IMG/VR virus record: IMGVR_UViG_3300049847_000494
Location: 32,001-96,000 of that record
DNA length: 64,000 nucleotides
Direction: 5' to 3' (one strand)
DNA from: a virus
Shown: piece after piece, positions 55,601 through 64,000 of the stretch
Position numbering within the stretch: the stretch's first letter is position 1
How the letters are laid out: the number at the start of each line of letters is the position of its first letter
Translations under genes and position numbers: made by a program
Notes under the pieces: model-generated
What the model was told of the DNA's origin: nothing
What the model saw: only the letters and a program-made list of their open reading frames with translations
Database searches by the model: none

Positions 55601-58103
55601 TTGAAGCTGCTTTAACTGCAGCATTATTAGTACCATCAGTTATTTTAGATCTTTGAGTTCCACCCGTTAAAGTAGCATCTAAGGCTAACCCATTAGTGGT
55701 ACCAATGTTAGCTGTAACAGTACCTGAAATTGGCTGTGTAACACCAGACCCATCTACTTTCAAGGCTACCATACTGGCTATACCTTGAATAGTAATAACG
55801 TCAGTAGATGCTGTTCCTGCCGTACCTAATGCAGGTTGTTTTGCTGATGTAGAAGCACCTGCAGGTAGAGGTAAGGAAGAAGCCGATATAGCTATTGTAC
55901 TCTGATCTGAAGCTATTACTATGGGAGTACTATTAGCCATGGTCTTTTGACCAAGGGTATTAATCCTTCCAGTAAATGTAGAATCAGCTAACCTGGAAGC
56001 TAAGGTTGTCTCTGTAGCCGCACCTGTAGGTAAAGGTAAGGATGAAGCTGTTATAGCTACTGAGTTATTAGGGCTTATAGATACTACAAGAGCAGGATCA
56101 GTAGCTGCCGCTGCTGTTGAAGCTGCTTTAACTGCAGCGTTGTTAGTACCATCCGTTATTTTACTACGCTGCGTACCACCTGTTAAAGTTGCATCTAAAG
56201 CTAGACCATTAGTTGTACCAATATTAGCTGTTACTATACCAGTTACAGGTTGAGTAGTAGTACCTGTAGGATCAATTCTTAGCGGATCTGCCGATGTACC
56301 AGCTTCTACTGTACCACCAGAAGCTGACTTTCTTAGTATCGCTCCTAATACATACTGGGTACCAGCCCCAGTATCACCATCAAATACTCGGATACTTTGA
56401 AGGTTAGTACCATCAGATCCACCGATTTGTGTGGATGAGCCTGGTATAGCAGAGTTATTGCTGCCTACTGATGGGTTAGTTGCAGTTACAGTACCCGTTA
56501 CCGTAATAGCAGACTGATCGCTAGAGATAACTACGGGGGTACTATTAGCCATGGTCTTTTGACCAAGGGTATTAATCCTTCCAGTAAATGTAGAATCAGC
56601 TAACCTGGAAGCTAAGGTTGTCTCTGTAGCCGCACCTGTAGGTAAAGGTAAGGATGAAGCTGTTATAGCTACTGAGTTATTTGGACTAATAGCTACTACA
56701 AGAGCAGAGTCACCTGCTACAGCAGCGGTAGAAGCTGCTTTAACAACGGCTGTATTTGTCCCATCTGTAATCTTTTCAAAAATAGCCCTACCAACTGTAT
56801 CACCAGTCGGCATGGTATTAGTACCGTCCGTTACACGAACAGTCCAATAACCTGATAAAGCTGCGGCTGTCCCTTGAGCAGCAGTTACAACATCTGAACT
56901 TGTAAGGGCACGTATAGCAGTAGGATCTTTAGCTACACCACCGTGATATATTTGAATATCAAGAGCTTGATGGTCAGCTCCTTCAGCAGTACTGGTTACA
57001 TCAGCTGCTGTTGTTGCACCTTTAGCTCCACCACGGACTATAGATTTTTGTGTACCTCCTGTTAAAGTAACATCAAGAGCTAAGCCGTTAGTTGTACCAA
57101 TATTAGCTGTAACTGTACCATCTACTGTTAAACTACCGCCATTATCGGTAACCGGGATAGCTGTTTGGTTGCTTGCTATAACTACAGGATAAGATGCTGC
57201 CATGGTGGCTTGACCAGCAGCTAATGTCTTGGTATTAATTGCAGATAGTGTGGTCTCTGTAGCTGCACCTGTAGGTAGAGGTAAGCTTGAAGCTGATATA
57301 GCTACTGTATTATTAGGTGATATAGCTACAACTAACGCCTGATCTCCTGCTACAGCTGCTGTTGATGTTGCTTTAACAGTAACGGTATTAGTACCATCAG
57401 TGATTCTGGAAGTTTGAGTACCTCCAGTTAAGGTAGCATTAAGAGCTAAACCATTAGTTGTACCGATATTAGCAGTAATAGTACCGTCTACAGTTAAGCT
57501 ACCACCCCCATCACTTACAGGTTGAATAGTAGTACCTGTTGGATCTATTCTGAGTGGATCAGCTGATGTACCAGCTTCTACGGTACCACCAGAAGCTGAC
57601 TTCCTTAATATAGCCCCCAGTACATACTGAGTACCCGCACCGGTATCACCATCAAATACCCGAATACTTTGTAGATTGGTACCATCAGATCCACCGATTT
57701 GTGTAGAAGACCCTGGTATAGTAGAATTATTAGTACCTATTGATGGACTTGTCGTATTTACGCTACTATTTGGACTAATAGTGACTACAAGAGCAGTGTC
57801 CCCAGCTACAGGTGCAGTACTGGCAGCTTTGACAGTAATTGTATTAGTACCATCCGTAATTCTGGTAGTTTGCGTACCACCAGTCAATGTAGCATTAAGA
57901 GCTAAACCATTAGTTGTACCAATATTAGCTGTAAGTGTACCATCAATAGTGATTGAACCACCACCATCACTTATAGGAACAAGTGATTGATCAGTAGCTA
58001 TGACAACAGGAAGAGAAGCTGTTGCTGTGCTTTGCCCCAAGGGGATGGGATTACCATCAGCATCAGATATAGTAACAGGTTGGAATGTGGTTCCTATTGA
58101 CAT
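52641..58103 (-). CDS. giant modular repeat fibre protein (1820 aa)
   Basis: Thr/Ala/Gly/Ser-rich, several recurring module types and a distinct C-terminal domain. Confidence 0.8.
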   Translation of the reverse strand: MSIGTTFQPVTISDADGNPIPLGQSTATASLPVVIATDQSLVPISDGGGSITIDGTLTANIGTTNGLALNATLTGGTQTTRITDGTNTITVKAASTAPVAGDTALVVTISPNSSVNTTSPSIGTNNSTIPGSSTQIGGSDGTNLQSIRVFDGDTGAGTQYVLGAILRKSASGGTVEAGTSADPLRIDPTGTTIQPVSDGGGSLTVDGTITANIGTTNGLALNATLTGGTQTSRITDGTNTVTVKATSTAAVAGDQALVVAISPNNTVAISASSLPLPTGAATETTLSAINTKTLAAGQATMAASYPVVIASNQTAIPVTDNGGSLTVDGTVTANIGTTNGLALDVTLTGGTQKSIVRGGAKGATTAADVTSTAEGADHQALDIQIYHGGVAKDPTAIRALTSSDVVTAAQGTAAALSGYWTVRVTDGTNTMPTGDTVGRAIFEKITDGTNTAVVKAASTAAVAGDSALVVAISPNNSVAITASSLPLPTGAATETTLASRLADSTFTGRINTLGQKTMANSTPVVISSDQSAITVTGTVTATNPSVGSNNSAIPGSSTQIGGSDGTNLQSIRVFDGDTGAGTQYVLGAILRKSASGGTVEAGTSADPLRIDPTGTTTQPVTGIVTANIGTTNGLALDATLTGGTQRSKITDGTNNAAVKAASTAAAATDPALVVSISPNNSVAITASSLPLPTGAATETTLASRLADSTFTGRINTLGQKTMANSTPIVIASDQSTIAISASSLPLPAGASTSAKQPALGTAGTASTDVITIQGIASMVALKVDGSGVTQPISGTVTANIGTTNGLALDATLTGGTQRSKITDGTNNAAVKAASTAAVATDPALVVAISPNNTVAVTQSGTWTNAVTQATASNLNATIVGLGTAGTPSGGVVSIQGVSGGQTVPISGTVTATNPSVSTNNSTIPGSSTQMGGSDGTNLQSIRVFDGDTGAGTQYVLGAILRKSASGGTVEAGTSADPLRIDPTGTTTQPISAASLPLPTGAATETTLASRLADSTFTSRINTLGQKTMANSTPVVIASDQSSFTVTANIGTTNGLALNATLTGGTQTTRVTDGTNTAAVKAASTAAVAADPALVVAISPNSSITATNPSVSTNNSAIPGSSTQIGGSDGTNLQSIRVFDGDTGAGTQYVLGAILRKSASGGTVEAGTSADPLRIDPTGTTTQPVSAASLPLPTGAATSANQTIIGNQTTKLNDGTNTAAVKAASTAPVATDPALVVAISPNSSLTATNPSVSTNNVAIPGSSTQIGGSDGTNLRSIRVFDGDTGAGTQYVLGAIIRKSASGGTVEAGTSTDPLRIDPTGTTTQPITGTVTANIGTTNGLALDATLTGNNQRTRITDGTTLVAVKAASTAAVAADPALVVAISPNNPIVASNPSVSATGSAPPAQATSIGGSVTTAAPSYTTGQLNFLSLTTTGNLRVDGSSVTQPVSAASLPLPTGAATETTLTAINTKTLAAGQATMAASSPVVIASNQTAIPVTDNGGSLTVDGTVTANQGTAAALSGNWPVRVTDGTNAMPTGDAVSRAIFYQISDGTTGPVAVKAASTAPVVGDRALVVVLSPNQPAIPTTTSPLNSTPLLSMGDVALSSVTTAAIRRTAYTEQTTNFTGSVSSNNAADAAAGTGMRSLRITWMDSTGATVGTEDVTLNGTTPVNLVTTTKCFIDKIEGLTWGTGGANAGIISLFTGAAGGGTLVGTIAATDNRTFWAHHYIQSGKTGNVTSVFHGNNSTVSGGTSVAVLKRKNIVANSGEVQISDFIRISGAVNSLPRNYGSVVQVTGPARIVMYVTTSSATSITYTGSFDSYDA
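55927..56681. repeat. 143-bp perfect direct repeat (55927-56069 = 56539-56681) within the fibre gene
   Basis: Base-by-base identity at a 612-bp offset. Confidence 0.9.
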
Positions 58104-58432
58104 TAGCTAAACTCAACACCGAAAATATTAAAAGAAACAGTAGCTGTATCAGAATACACATTTAAAACATCAGTAGCTGCTAAAGTGATCCCTAAGGTAA
58201 AAGCTGACATACTGGTTTTAAGTATAGGTACATCATATAGTATGTACTGTTTTTGAGACAAAGCAGCGCCTGCTACAGCAATAGATATACGACATTTTAT
58301 TGTCGCATTTGTTGGATTACACACAGTAATAGTAGATATAGTAGTTGAAGTACTAGCAGGTACAGTATAAATTGCGGTTAGCGTAGCGGCTGCTGGAGCA
58401 GACTGCGCTAAAACTTTGAAAACTTCAGCCAC
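58103..58432 (-). CDS. small fibre-associated beta-sandwich protein
   Basis: KVLAQ...YTVPAST...ITVCN...GITLAATD...FNIFGVE, a common phage fibre-neighbour pattern. Confidence 0.7.
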   Translation of the reverse strand: MAEVFKVLAQSAPAAATLTAIYTVPASTSTTISTITVCNPTNATIKCRISIAVAGAALSQKQYILYDVPILKTSMSAFTLGITLAATDVLNVYSDTATVSFNIFGVEFS

Positions 58433-58891
58433 CTAAGACCCCATTAGTAAAAAATGTCGACGATAAGCTCTATCACCCAACTTAGAATCAATATCTTTTA
58501 AAAGAGCTTGAACAGTTAAACCAGTAACCTGTGTGAATGTAGTTGAATCTACACCAACTCTTAGTGCCCCAGCTTTATTTTTAAAGCCAGCACTACCACC
58601 TGTTGATGTAGCTATAGGAGTAGAAACGGTAAAAGTCTGATCTGTAACTATAGAGGCTACTGTATATGTACCATCTGCGCCGCCTGTAGTACCTGAAATA
58701 ACTACTATGTCACCAACTTCAATAGGATCATCACCATAAATTATACTAAAAGACCCGTTTACTGTTACCAGGTTTGTACCTGTTGTAGTAGAGACTAATG
58801 TAATACCAGTACGATAAAAAGCTGATCCTGTAGAAGCTAACTCAATAGCATCTACAAGGTCTATGTCTTTTATATCATCTTTAGTAATCAT
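58433..58891 (-). CDS. small virion protein with a beta-barrel module
   Basis: VGDIVVISGTTGGADGTYTVASI; ends FLLMGS. Confidence 0.7.
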   Translation of the reverse strand: MITKDDIKDIDLVDAIELASTGSAFYRTGITLVSTTTGTNLVTVNGSFSIIYGDDPIEVGDIVVISGTTGGADGTYTVASIVTDQTFTVSTPIATSTGGSAGFKNKAGALRVGVDSTTFTQVTGLTVQALLKDIDSKLGDRAYRRHFLLMGS

Positions 58892-58896
58892 TCTAT

Positions 58897-59388
58897 CTAT
58901 TTCTTTTTACTAGATTTAATGAAATTAACACCTGGAGGTAACTTTATATTAGCCTCTGCTTTAGTTGATTCTAAGATTTCAGGAGTAATCACTGTATCAA
59001 CAGCTAAAACTTTTTGTAATTGAGATTTCGTAAAAGATTCTTCAAAATTCTGCTGTGTTGCAGCAAAAGCTTCACGTTCTTCCTTCTCAGCAAGCATACG
59101 TGCTTCTTCAACTAACCTATTATTTTCTTGATTTACAAAAGCTGCTACTATATTAACAAGAAGGTCACCCATATCGTTGCAAGCCTTGACACGACCACGT
59201 TCTTCACCTAACATACTAGTCAAGCGCTCTATTTCAGATAGAGATTTTTGTTTATTACTTTCAATACCATTCAATATTTGAATAAGTTGTTGTTGGAATA
59301 ATTCAGGATTAACTAACCCAAGCCGGGTAGATTCAGTAAGCTGATTCCGTAACTCTATGAGACGCTCTTTATAACTTTTATCTGCCAT
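58897..59388 (-). CDS. coiled-coil protein (possible fibre chaperone)
   Basis: Heptad-rich sequence. Confidence 0.6.
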   Translation of the reverse strand: MADKSYKERLIELRNQLTESTRLGLVNPELFQQQLIQILNGIESNKQKSLSEIERLTSMLGEERGRVKACNDMGDLLVNIVAAFVNQENNRLVEEARMLAEKEEREAFAATQQNFEESFTKSQLQKVLAVDTVITPEILESTKAEANIKLPPGVNFIKSSKKK

Positions 59389-59415
59389 AACATAAGCCTT
59401 TTTAAAATGTAGAAA

Positions 59416-59646
59416 CTATTTTTTAGCTATCTGATTCGCAACAATCAAACAATGCTCACAATAAATCCCATGATGTTTTACATCTAACAAGGAGCCACTG
59501 ACTTTTATAAATCTCATTTTTTGATAAACGTCACCTACCCTTATAACAGAAGCCGCAGTATGTCCTGATTTACACCAAAGATTATTTGGATAAGCTAAAT
59601 CACCAGGATTTATTACAACTTGTGTAAGGGTAGGTTTATAATGCAT
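59416..59646 (-). CDS. small putative zinc-binding protein
   Basis: CKSGH...YCEHC; TAATG coupling. Confidence 0.6.
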   Translation of the reverse strand: MHYKPTLTQVVINPGDLAYPNNLWCKSGHTAASVIRVGDVYQKMRFIKVSGSLLDVKHHGIYCEHCLIVANQIAKK

Positions 59647-61838
59647 TACTGAACAATAAAGTAGTTGATGTGATATTTACTATCAATTTTCTGATAAGGT
59701 GTAAAGCTTGTTGTACTCGTTTCCGCGTAGTTATTATCACCTGTAATAGGTCCTGGATCCCAGAGTAAGCCTCTAACATATAGATAGAGGTTGGCACCGT
59801 TATTCGTACCATCAAGTGTATAAGTATTACCACCAGGTAATGTTCTAGCGACACCAGCGCTATTTTGAGATGTTAGACGTTCAATAACTCGCGTAATATT
59901 TGAAGCTGAAATAGCACTGGATAGTGCTTGCAGGCTTGCCGTTATTGATTGACCATCTGTAAGTATGGATCCTGTGTAATCTCTATTACCAATCTGTGTA
60001 TTAAGAGCGTTGAAAGCTTCGGTGACTGAAGGGGTGGAATCTAAAGTAGAGAAAACATAAAAATTGGTTTTATTAGTTAATCCTGTTAGTGAGGTATCAC
60101 CTGCAGAAGTTCCTAATATAGAGCTGAATGTATAGAGACCTTGTGAAAGACCTGCGTCACCAATTAGGTTATTTACTAAAGTAACTCGACCTGCCGTTTC
60201 CGACATAAGGTCCATACGTTCGCGATAACCATAGTAAAGATCTACTAAGAGTGGCTGTCCTTGTTCCCAAGTATAAGCTATAGATGTAGATAGAGCCGCA
60301 CCTGGTGCTACCTTACGGAAGGCAACAACAACGCTATTAGGTTCTGTCGCACCTGTTGAAATAGTTCGACCATAAATGCGATAACCTGCATGGGTAGTAC
60401 CACCTGACATACCTGTAACTGTAAAATTAGCGTTAGCAACTGTTTCTGTAATAGAAATATTACCAAAAGTGCCAGGTACGTTATTAGTTAGATTAATAAC
60501 AGTAGTACCACCAGACATACCAGTTACGATAAATCCAGCATTAGCTACAGTCTCCGTAATAGTGACGTTACCTGCATAACCAGCAAGGTCATTGACCAAA
60601 CTAACTAAAGCAGCACCGCCGTTAGAAGCTGTAATATTAAGAGTAGGTGCTCCGTTTACAGCAGTTATGATACTATCACGAATGGTATTAGCAGAATCAC
60701 CACCAGTAAATGTCACCGCTCGGAGTGTAGCTGTTTGAACTACGGAAGAGTTGCTATCGAACTCAAAAGTAACAGCAGGATTTACACCATCATTAAGGAC
60801 AAAAGTCTCACCATCAACAATGCCAGCGCCTGATATAGTAGTTATACTACCTGTTGCAGCTACATCCAGACCATTTACAGCTCTAATATTAATAGTAGGT
60901 GAATTAGTTATAGCTGCAATAATAGAAGTACGAATGGTATTAGCAGAATCACCACCCGTAAAGGTCACAGCTCGGAGCGTAGCTGTTTGAACTACGGAAG
61001 AGTTGCTATCGAACTCAAAAGTAACAGCAGGATTTACACCATCATTAAGGACAAAAGTCTCACCATCAATAAACTGTGAGCCTTTTATTATAGAAAGTGT
61101 ACCCGTAGCCTTACCTGACACTAACATTGAGGAGTTAGTATTAGTAGTATCAATAATGTCTACATAAGTAGAATCATGATTTCCTGCATCGTAACCATCA
61201 AATACAGGAACACCTGTAGTATCTACAGCGTCGGAATGAGGCAAATTACCTGTATCTGTAACTAGTTGAGATGTGGTCCCATTAACTAGAACCTGACCAC
61301 GATAAAGTCTTGTATTAACAATAGCTTTAGCGTCTAATGTTTTACCAGCTATATTGCTTAGGTTAGCATCTACGTTAGTACCAACCGCTGTTGGGCGCTG
61401 ATAAGTTGGGATAGCTGTAACGTGTGAGGCTGTCCCTTTAATAAGTTTACGATCTGTACGGGCAAAGTTAATATCATCTTCAAGACTATAAGGATCCCTT
61501 ACTGTATACGTACCAGTGAAAGCTTCAGCTACACCAGCAGCATTTTGATAAGTAATAACAGTACTGCTTGTAAACGCTGATATAAGGAAGGAGCCATCAT
61601 TAGCTCCAGTAGTAGCTCCTACAATAGTAATATAACGACCAACATCCTGTGCTGTGAATGTGGCACCTGCATCTGTTAGCGTCATATCAGGTGCAGTACC
61701 ACCAATAGTATCACCGGTACCAGAGGCAGTTGTTGTACCAAAATTAGAACTTTCGTCTATTAAAGTTCTAGTGTTACTTACATTTATACTTCCCTTTATA
61801 TCAAGCTGTTGATCAAGGGCATTAGGTCTTACTGGCAT
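59646..61838 (-). CDS. fibre/virion structural protein with a duplicated domain
   Basis: Thr/Gly-rich; DGETFVLNDG...ANTIR occurs twice; AAGGA SD. Confidence 0.75.
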   Translation of the reverse strand: MPVRPNALDQQLDIKGSINVSNTRTLIDESSNFGTTTASGTGDTIGGTAPDMTLTDAGATFTAQDVGRYITIVGATTGANDGSFLISAFTSSTVITYQNAAGVAEAFTGTYTVRDPYSLEDDINFARTDRKLIKGTASHVTAIPTYQRPTAVGTNVDANLSNIAGKTLDAKAIVNTRLYRGQVLVNGTTSQLVTDTGNLPHSDAVDTTGVPVFDGYDAGNHDSTYVDIIDTTNTNSSMLVSGKATGTLSIIKGSQFIDGETFVLNDGVNPAVTFEFDSNSSVVQTATLRAVTFTGGDSANTIRTSIIAAITNSPTINIRAVNGLDVAATGSITTISGAGIVDGETFVLNDGVNPAVTFEFDSNSSVVQTATLRAVTFTGGDSANTIRDSIITAVNGAPTLNITASNGGAALVSLVNDLAGYAGNVTITETVANAGFIVTGMSGGTTVINLTNNVPGTFGNISITETVANANFTVTGMSGGTTHAGYRIYGRTISTGATEPNSVVVAFRKVAPGAALSTSIAYTWEQGQPLLVDLYYGYRERMDLMSETAGRVTLVNNLIGDAGLSQGLYTFSSILGTSAGDTSLTGLTNKTNFYVFSTLDSTPSVTEAFNALNTQIGNRDYTGSILTDGQSITASLQALSSAISASNITRVIERLTSQNSAGVARTLPGGNTYTLDGTNNGANLYLYVRGLLWDPGPITGDNNYAETSTTSFTPYQKIDSKYHINYFIVQ
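60678..61069. repeat. 140-bp direct repeat (60678-60817 and 60930-61069) with 4 synonymous mismatches
   Basis: Direct comparison; 252-bp offset. Confidence 0.9.
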
Positions 61839-61867
61839 AACTTTCCTTTATGGAAATTATTTTTGTA

Positions 61868-63070
61868 TTAAGCCGGAAGGTAATCAGCTTCTAAGTTTGA
61901 ATAAGAATTAGGTGAGAAGGACAATAAATACACTGAATCATAACCAGTACCTGACCCACCACTTTCAAAAGGGATATACTCGCCACCAGTAACCCCTCCT
62001 GTAAAAGACTGACGTAACTTTCTTCCATTATGATGGACCACAATAGTTTCACCTAATAAACTATCATGTATAAAATTATCAGTAGTAAAAAATAATCTAT
62101 TTATACTATTCTTTATACCAGAAAGCTGTATACCGTATTTTCGAGTTATACCTGTACACAGAGTAACTGTGATAGAACCTAATAAAGCTGATTGACTTCG
62201 GGATATAACCGAGTTACTATCCCGAATAGCATCTATATCACCTGATCCAGCTACTGTATTTGTAGATAGTTTAGAACATTTAGTAGCCGCTATTTCCGCT
62301 ATTTCACCTGCATCTACACGCAACAAATAACCAGTAGATGATGCAGGATTTACTAAAGAGCCCTCTAAAACTAAATCTACTTGACCTGTTGACCCAGATA
62401 CTTTACGGATTAAATCACCCGTAGATAACATGGTAATTTTACTGTTTATAAACTGAACAAAGCTATCTAAAGCACCGGAAACAGTAATTAAAGGGGATGC
62501 ATTATCAAATAATAAGTTAAGATTTATAAATCTTAAGGAATTATTAGCTAATGTAACTCCATTTTCTATTTTTACGGTTGGTTGGCTATTACCTAAACCT
62601 TCTAATATAACACCACTAAAGTCATAAGATCCAGGCGGTATAGAAACAATACCACCTGGAGCTAATGAATCATCAATGATTACAATTCCACCACCATTAG
62701 CAACTAACTGTGGGTATAAAGTTGCCCATGTCGAGAATACAATATTATTAGGGTAAGTAACTAAAGATCCTGGTCTTAGTATAAAAAAACCAGCTGTAGC
62801 TGACCCTGTAGACCCTACTGCATCTGATATGAGACGCTTAATGTCAGCAAGAGTTACATATTCAGCGTCATCATCTTCAATCTCTAATGTATTGAAGACG
62901 TTAAATTCGATTAGACCTTGCTCTTGAAGACTTACTAAAGATGTTCTTAAATTCTCTACTTGCTCAACTTTTACGAAAACAGTCCTAATACCCTCCATAG
63001 GTACTAAACCTAAAACACCATCAAATACAATCCAATCTTTAGTTAGATTTTTTACTCTTAACCAAGGCAT
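61868..63070 (-). CDS. virion fibre/decoration protein with a beta-helix-like middle
   Basis: Shared N-terminal module; C-terminal GIKNSINRLF...HNG...EY...P...ADY domain. Confidence 0.65.
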   Translation of the reverse strand: MPWLRVKNLTKDWIVFDGVLGLVPMEGIRTVFVKVEQVENLRTSLVSLQEQGLIEFNVFNTLEIEDDDAEYVTLADIKRLISDAVGSTGSATAGFFILRPGSLVTYPNNIVFSTWATLYPQLVANGGGIVIIDDSLAPGGIVSIPPGSYDFSGVILEGLGNSQPTVKIENGVTLANNSLRFINLNLLFDNASPLITVSGALDSFVQFINSKITMLSTGDLIRKVSGSTGQVDLVLEGSLVNPASSTGYLLRVDAGEIAEIAATKCSKLSTNTVAGSGDIDAIRDSNSVISRSQSALLGSITVTLCTGITRKYGIQLSGIKNSINRLFFTTDNFIHDSLLGETIVVHHNGRKLRQSFTGGVTGGEYIPFESGGSGTGYDSVYLLSFSPNSYSNLEADYLPA

Positions 63071-63106
63071 TTAAATTGCTTCCAACCTAGCTGGTTAAGT
63101 TTAAAG

Positions 63107-63874
63107 TTACATACTTATTAAAGTGAGCGACCTATAGGTCCCTCTAATAACACCTTCAGAAACTTTCCAATACAATGACAGCTTATCCCCTGCTACTAGT
63201 TCAGTAGATAAAGAAGAATATATGGAAGTTAAAGAGTCATTTATTCGTAACCAGCTCCGTTCTGAATTTTGGTAAATTTTATCGTTAGAATCAGATCCTA
63301 ATCTACCTACTGCGACGTTACCCTTAGATGCAACAGGGCTATAAACACCAATTTCAGCTAAAATCAACCACATACCTGATGAGGGTATAGTAACTTCAGT
63401 ACCATTAATAGGTTCGTAGCTATTCCGAGACATAGAAACAGCATTAGAAGAATCTACACGGAGAATAGTTGCGTTAGGTTTAGTTGCAGCTAAATTAGCA
63501 CTTAGCTTTAAAACTAAAGATTCTAAAACTTCTATTTTAACTTGTAGTGAGGCTTCTAACCCTAATAAACGTGAATCAATTTCTGAAGACGCCGTATCTA
63601 ACTCTGTACGTAAAAGAATAATATCTTCTTTTGACGTATTTGGTAACTCAGGTATTGTTATAGAAGAAATTTCAGTTTTAGAAGAAGGCTTATCATCTTG
63701 ATCTGTATGATACGATATAAGACCTTTAGCCTTCATTAAATCTAGATGGTATTTCAGAGATTCAAAGGTGACCGTTGTAATCTCTAAAACTTGTTTTGCA
63801 TAAGGACCCAAATTAGGAATCCCACCGATGAGAGGGAACTCCCCAGCAGTATTATTAATCAATACTATTCTCAT
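63107..63874 (-). CDS. putative head fibre: N-terminal module, coiled coil and C1q/TNF-like tip
   Basis: VTIPSSGMWLILAEI...LVAGDKLSLY; GAGGGAG SD. Confidence 0.6.
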   Translation of the reverse strand: MRIVLINNTAGEFPLIGGIPNLGPYAKQVLEITTVTFESLKYHLDLMKAKGLISYHTDQDDKPSSKTEISSITIPELPNTSKEDIILLRTELDTASSEIDSRLLGLEASLQVKIEVLESLVLKLSANLAATKPNATILRVDSSNAVSMSRNSYEPINGTEVTIPSSGMWLILAEIGVYSPVASKGNVAVGRLGSDSNDKIYQNSERSWLRINDSLTSIYSSLSTELVAGDKLSLYWKVSEGVIRGTYRSLTLISM

Positions 63875-63909
63875 TACAGCTCCCTCTTAAAATCTTTTAC
63901 AAGTAAATT

Positions 63910-64000
63910 TTAGCGTCGAGACCTCTTTTTAGGCGTGGAAGTTACAGCATCTAAGGATGCTTCTGTAGAGCTTAGGTCCGAATCAACTACTGGATCAGAT
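63910..64000 (-). CDS. 3' end of a gene that starts beyond the window (...VTSTPKKRSRR)
   Basis: Open frame to the window edge; TAA at 63910-63912. Confidence 0.55.
   Translation of the reverse strand, partial: SDPVVDSDLSSTEASLDAVTSTPKKRSRR

Noticed and set aside
58103-58891. TAG read-through fusing two in-frame adjacent genes
   Set aside because: A GGGG SD-like sequence precedes the GTG, and FLLMG-type ends followed by a separate small gene are a familiar arrangement
2822-60990. Numerous plus-strand and nested ORFs in the track (e.g. 2822..3109, 7036..7239, 21779..22102, 40964..41341, 52969..53370)
   Set aside because: They are antisense or alternate-frame shadows of long minus-strand genes, with no SD or recognisable motifs
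52641-61838. Fibre repeats as DGR template and variable regions
   Set aside because: Differences are synonymous and not adenine-specific, all copies are coding, and there is no reverse transcriptase in the window
1-64000. Stop-codon reassignment
   Set aside because: Genes are full length in the standard code, and TAG, TGA and TAA all end genes at sensible boundaries

Overview
This window is a 64-kb internal segment of a large, AT-rich, contractile-tailed (myovirus/jumbo-type) bacteriophage genome in the standard genetic code. All but one credible gene lies on the minus strand. In transcription order (right to left) it contains: fibre/decoration genes including a 1820-aa modular repeat protein; primase; a Cas4-like exonuclease; class II ribonucleotide reductase with a 445-aa HNH intein ending in Gln; major capsid protein; a cluster of putative internal head proteins including a 2H phosphoesterase; portal; prohead protease; scaffold-like and decoration proteins; an accessory/replication block (sigma-like factor, archaemetzincin-like protease, NUMOD3-HNH endonuclease, metallophosphoesterases, ATP-grasp, DNA methyltransferase, RRM protein, Dcd, dNMP kinase, Dut, DnaX, SleB-like hydrolase); and the tail module (sheath, tube, G/GT chaperones with a CCCTTTA -1 frameshift site, tape measure). 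Features missing from the ORF track include the frameshift, an AP2-domain remnant, several small ORFs, a recurring TWGTTAY putative late promoter and several structured intergenic RNAs, two of which share GGCRUGCUAACUU. The best candidate for an undescribed system is a recurring L-x-x-(L/I/V)-A-x-x-L helix plus Ala-ending sites that may form a capsid-targeting and processing code for packaged cargo proteins. No CRISPR array, tRNA or DGR was seen. All family calls come from motif recognition by eye, not database searches.
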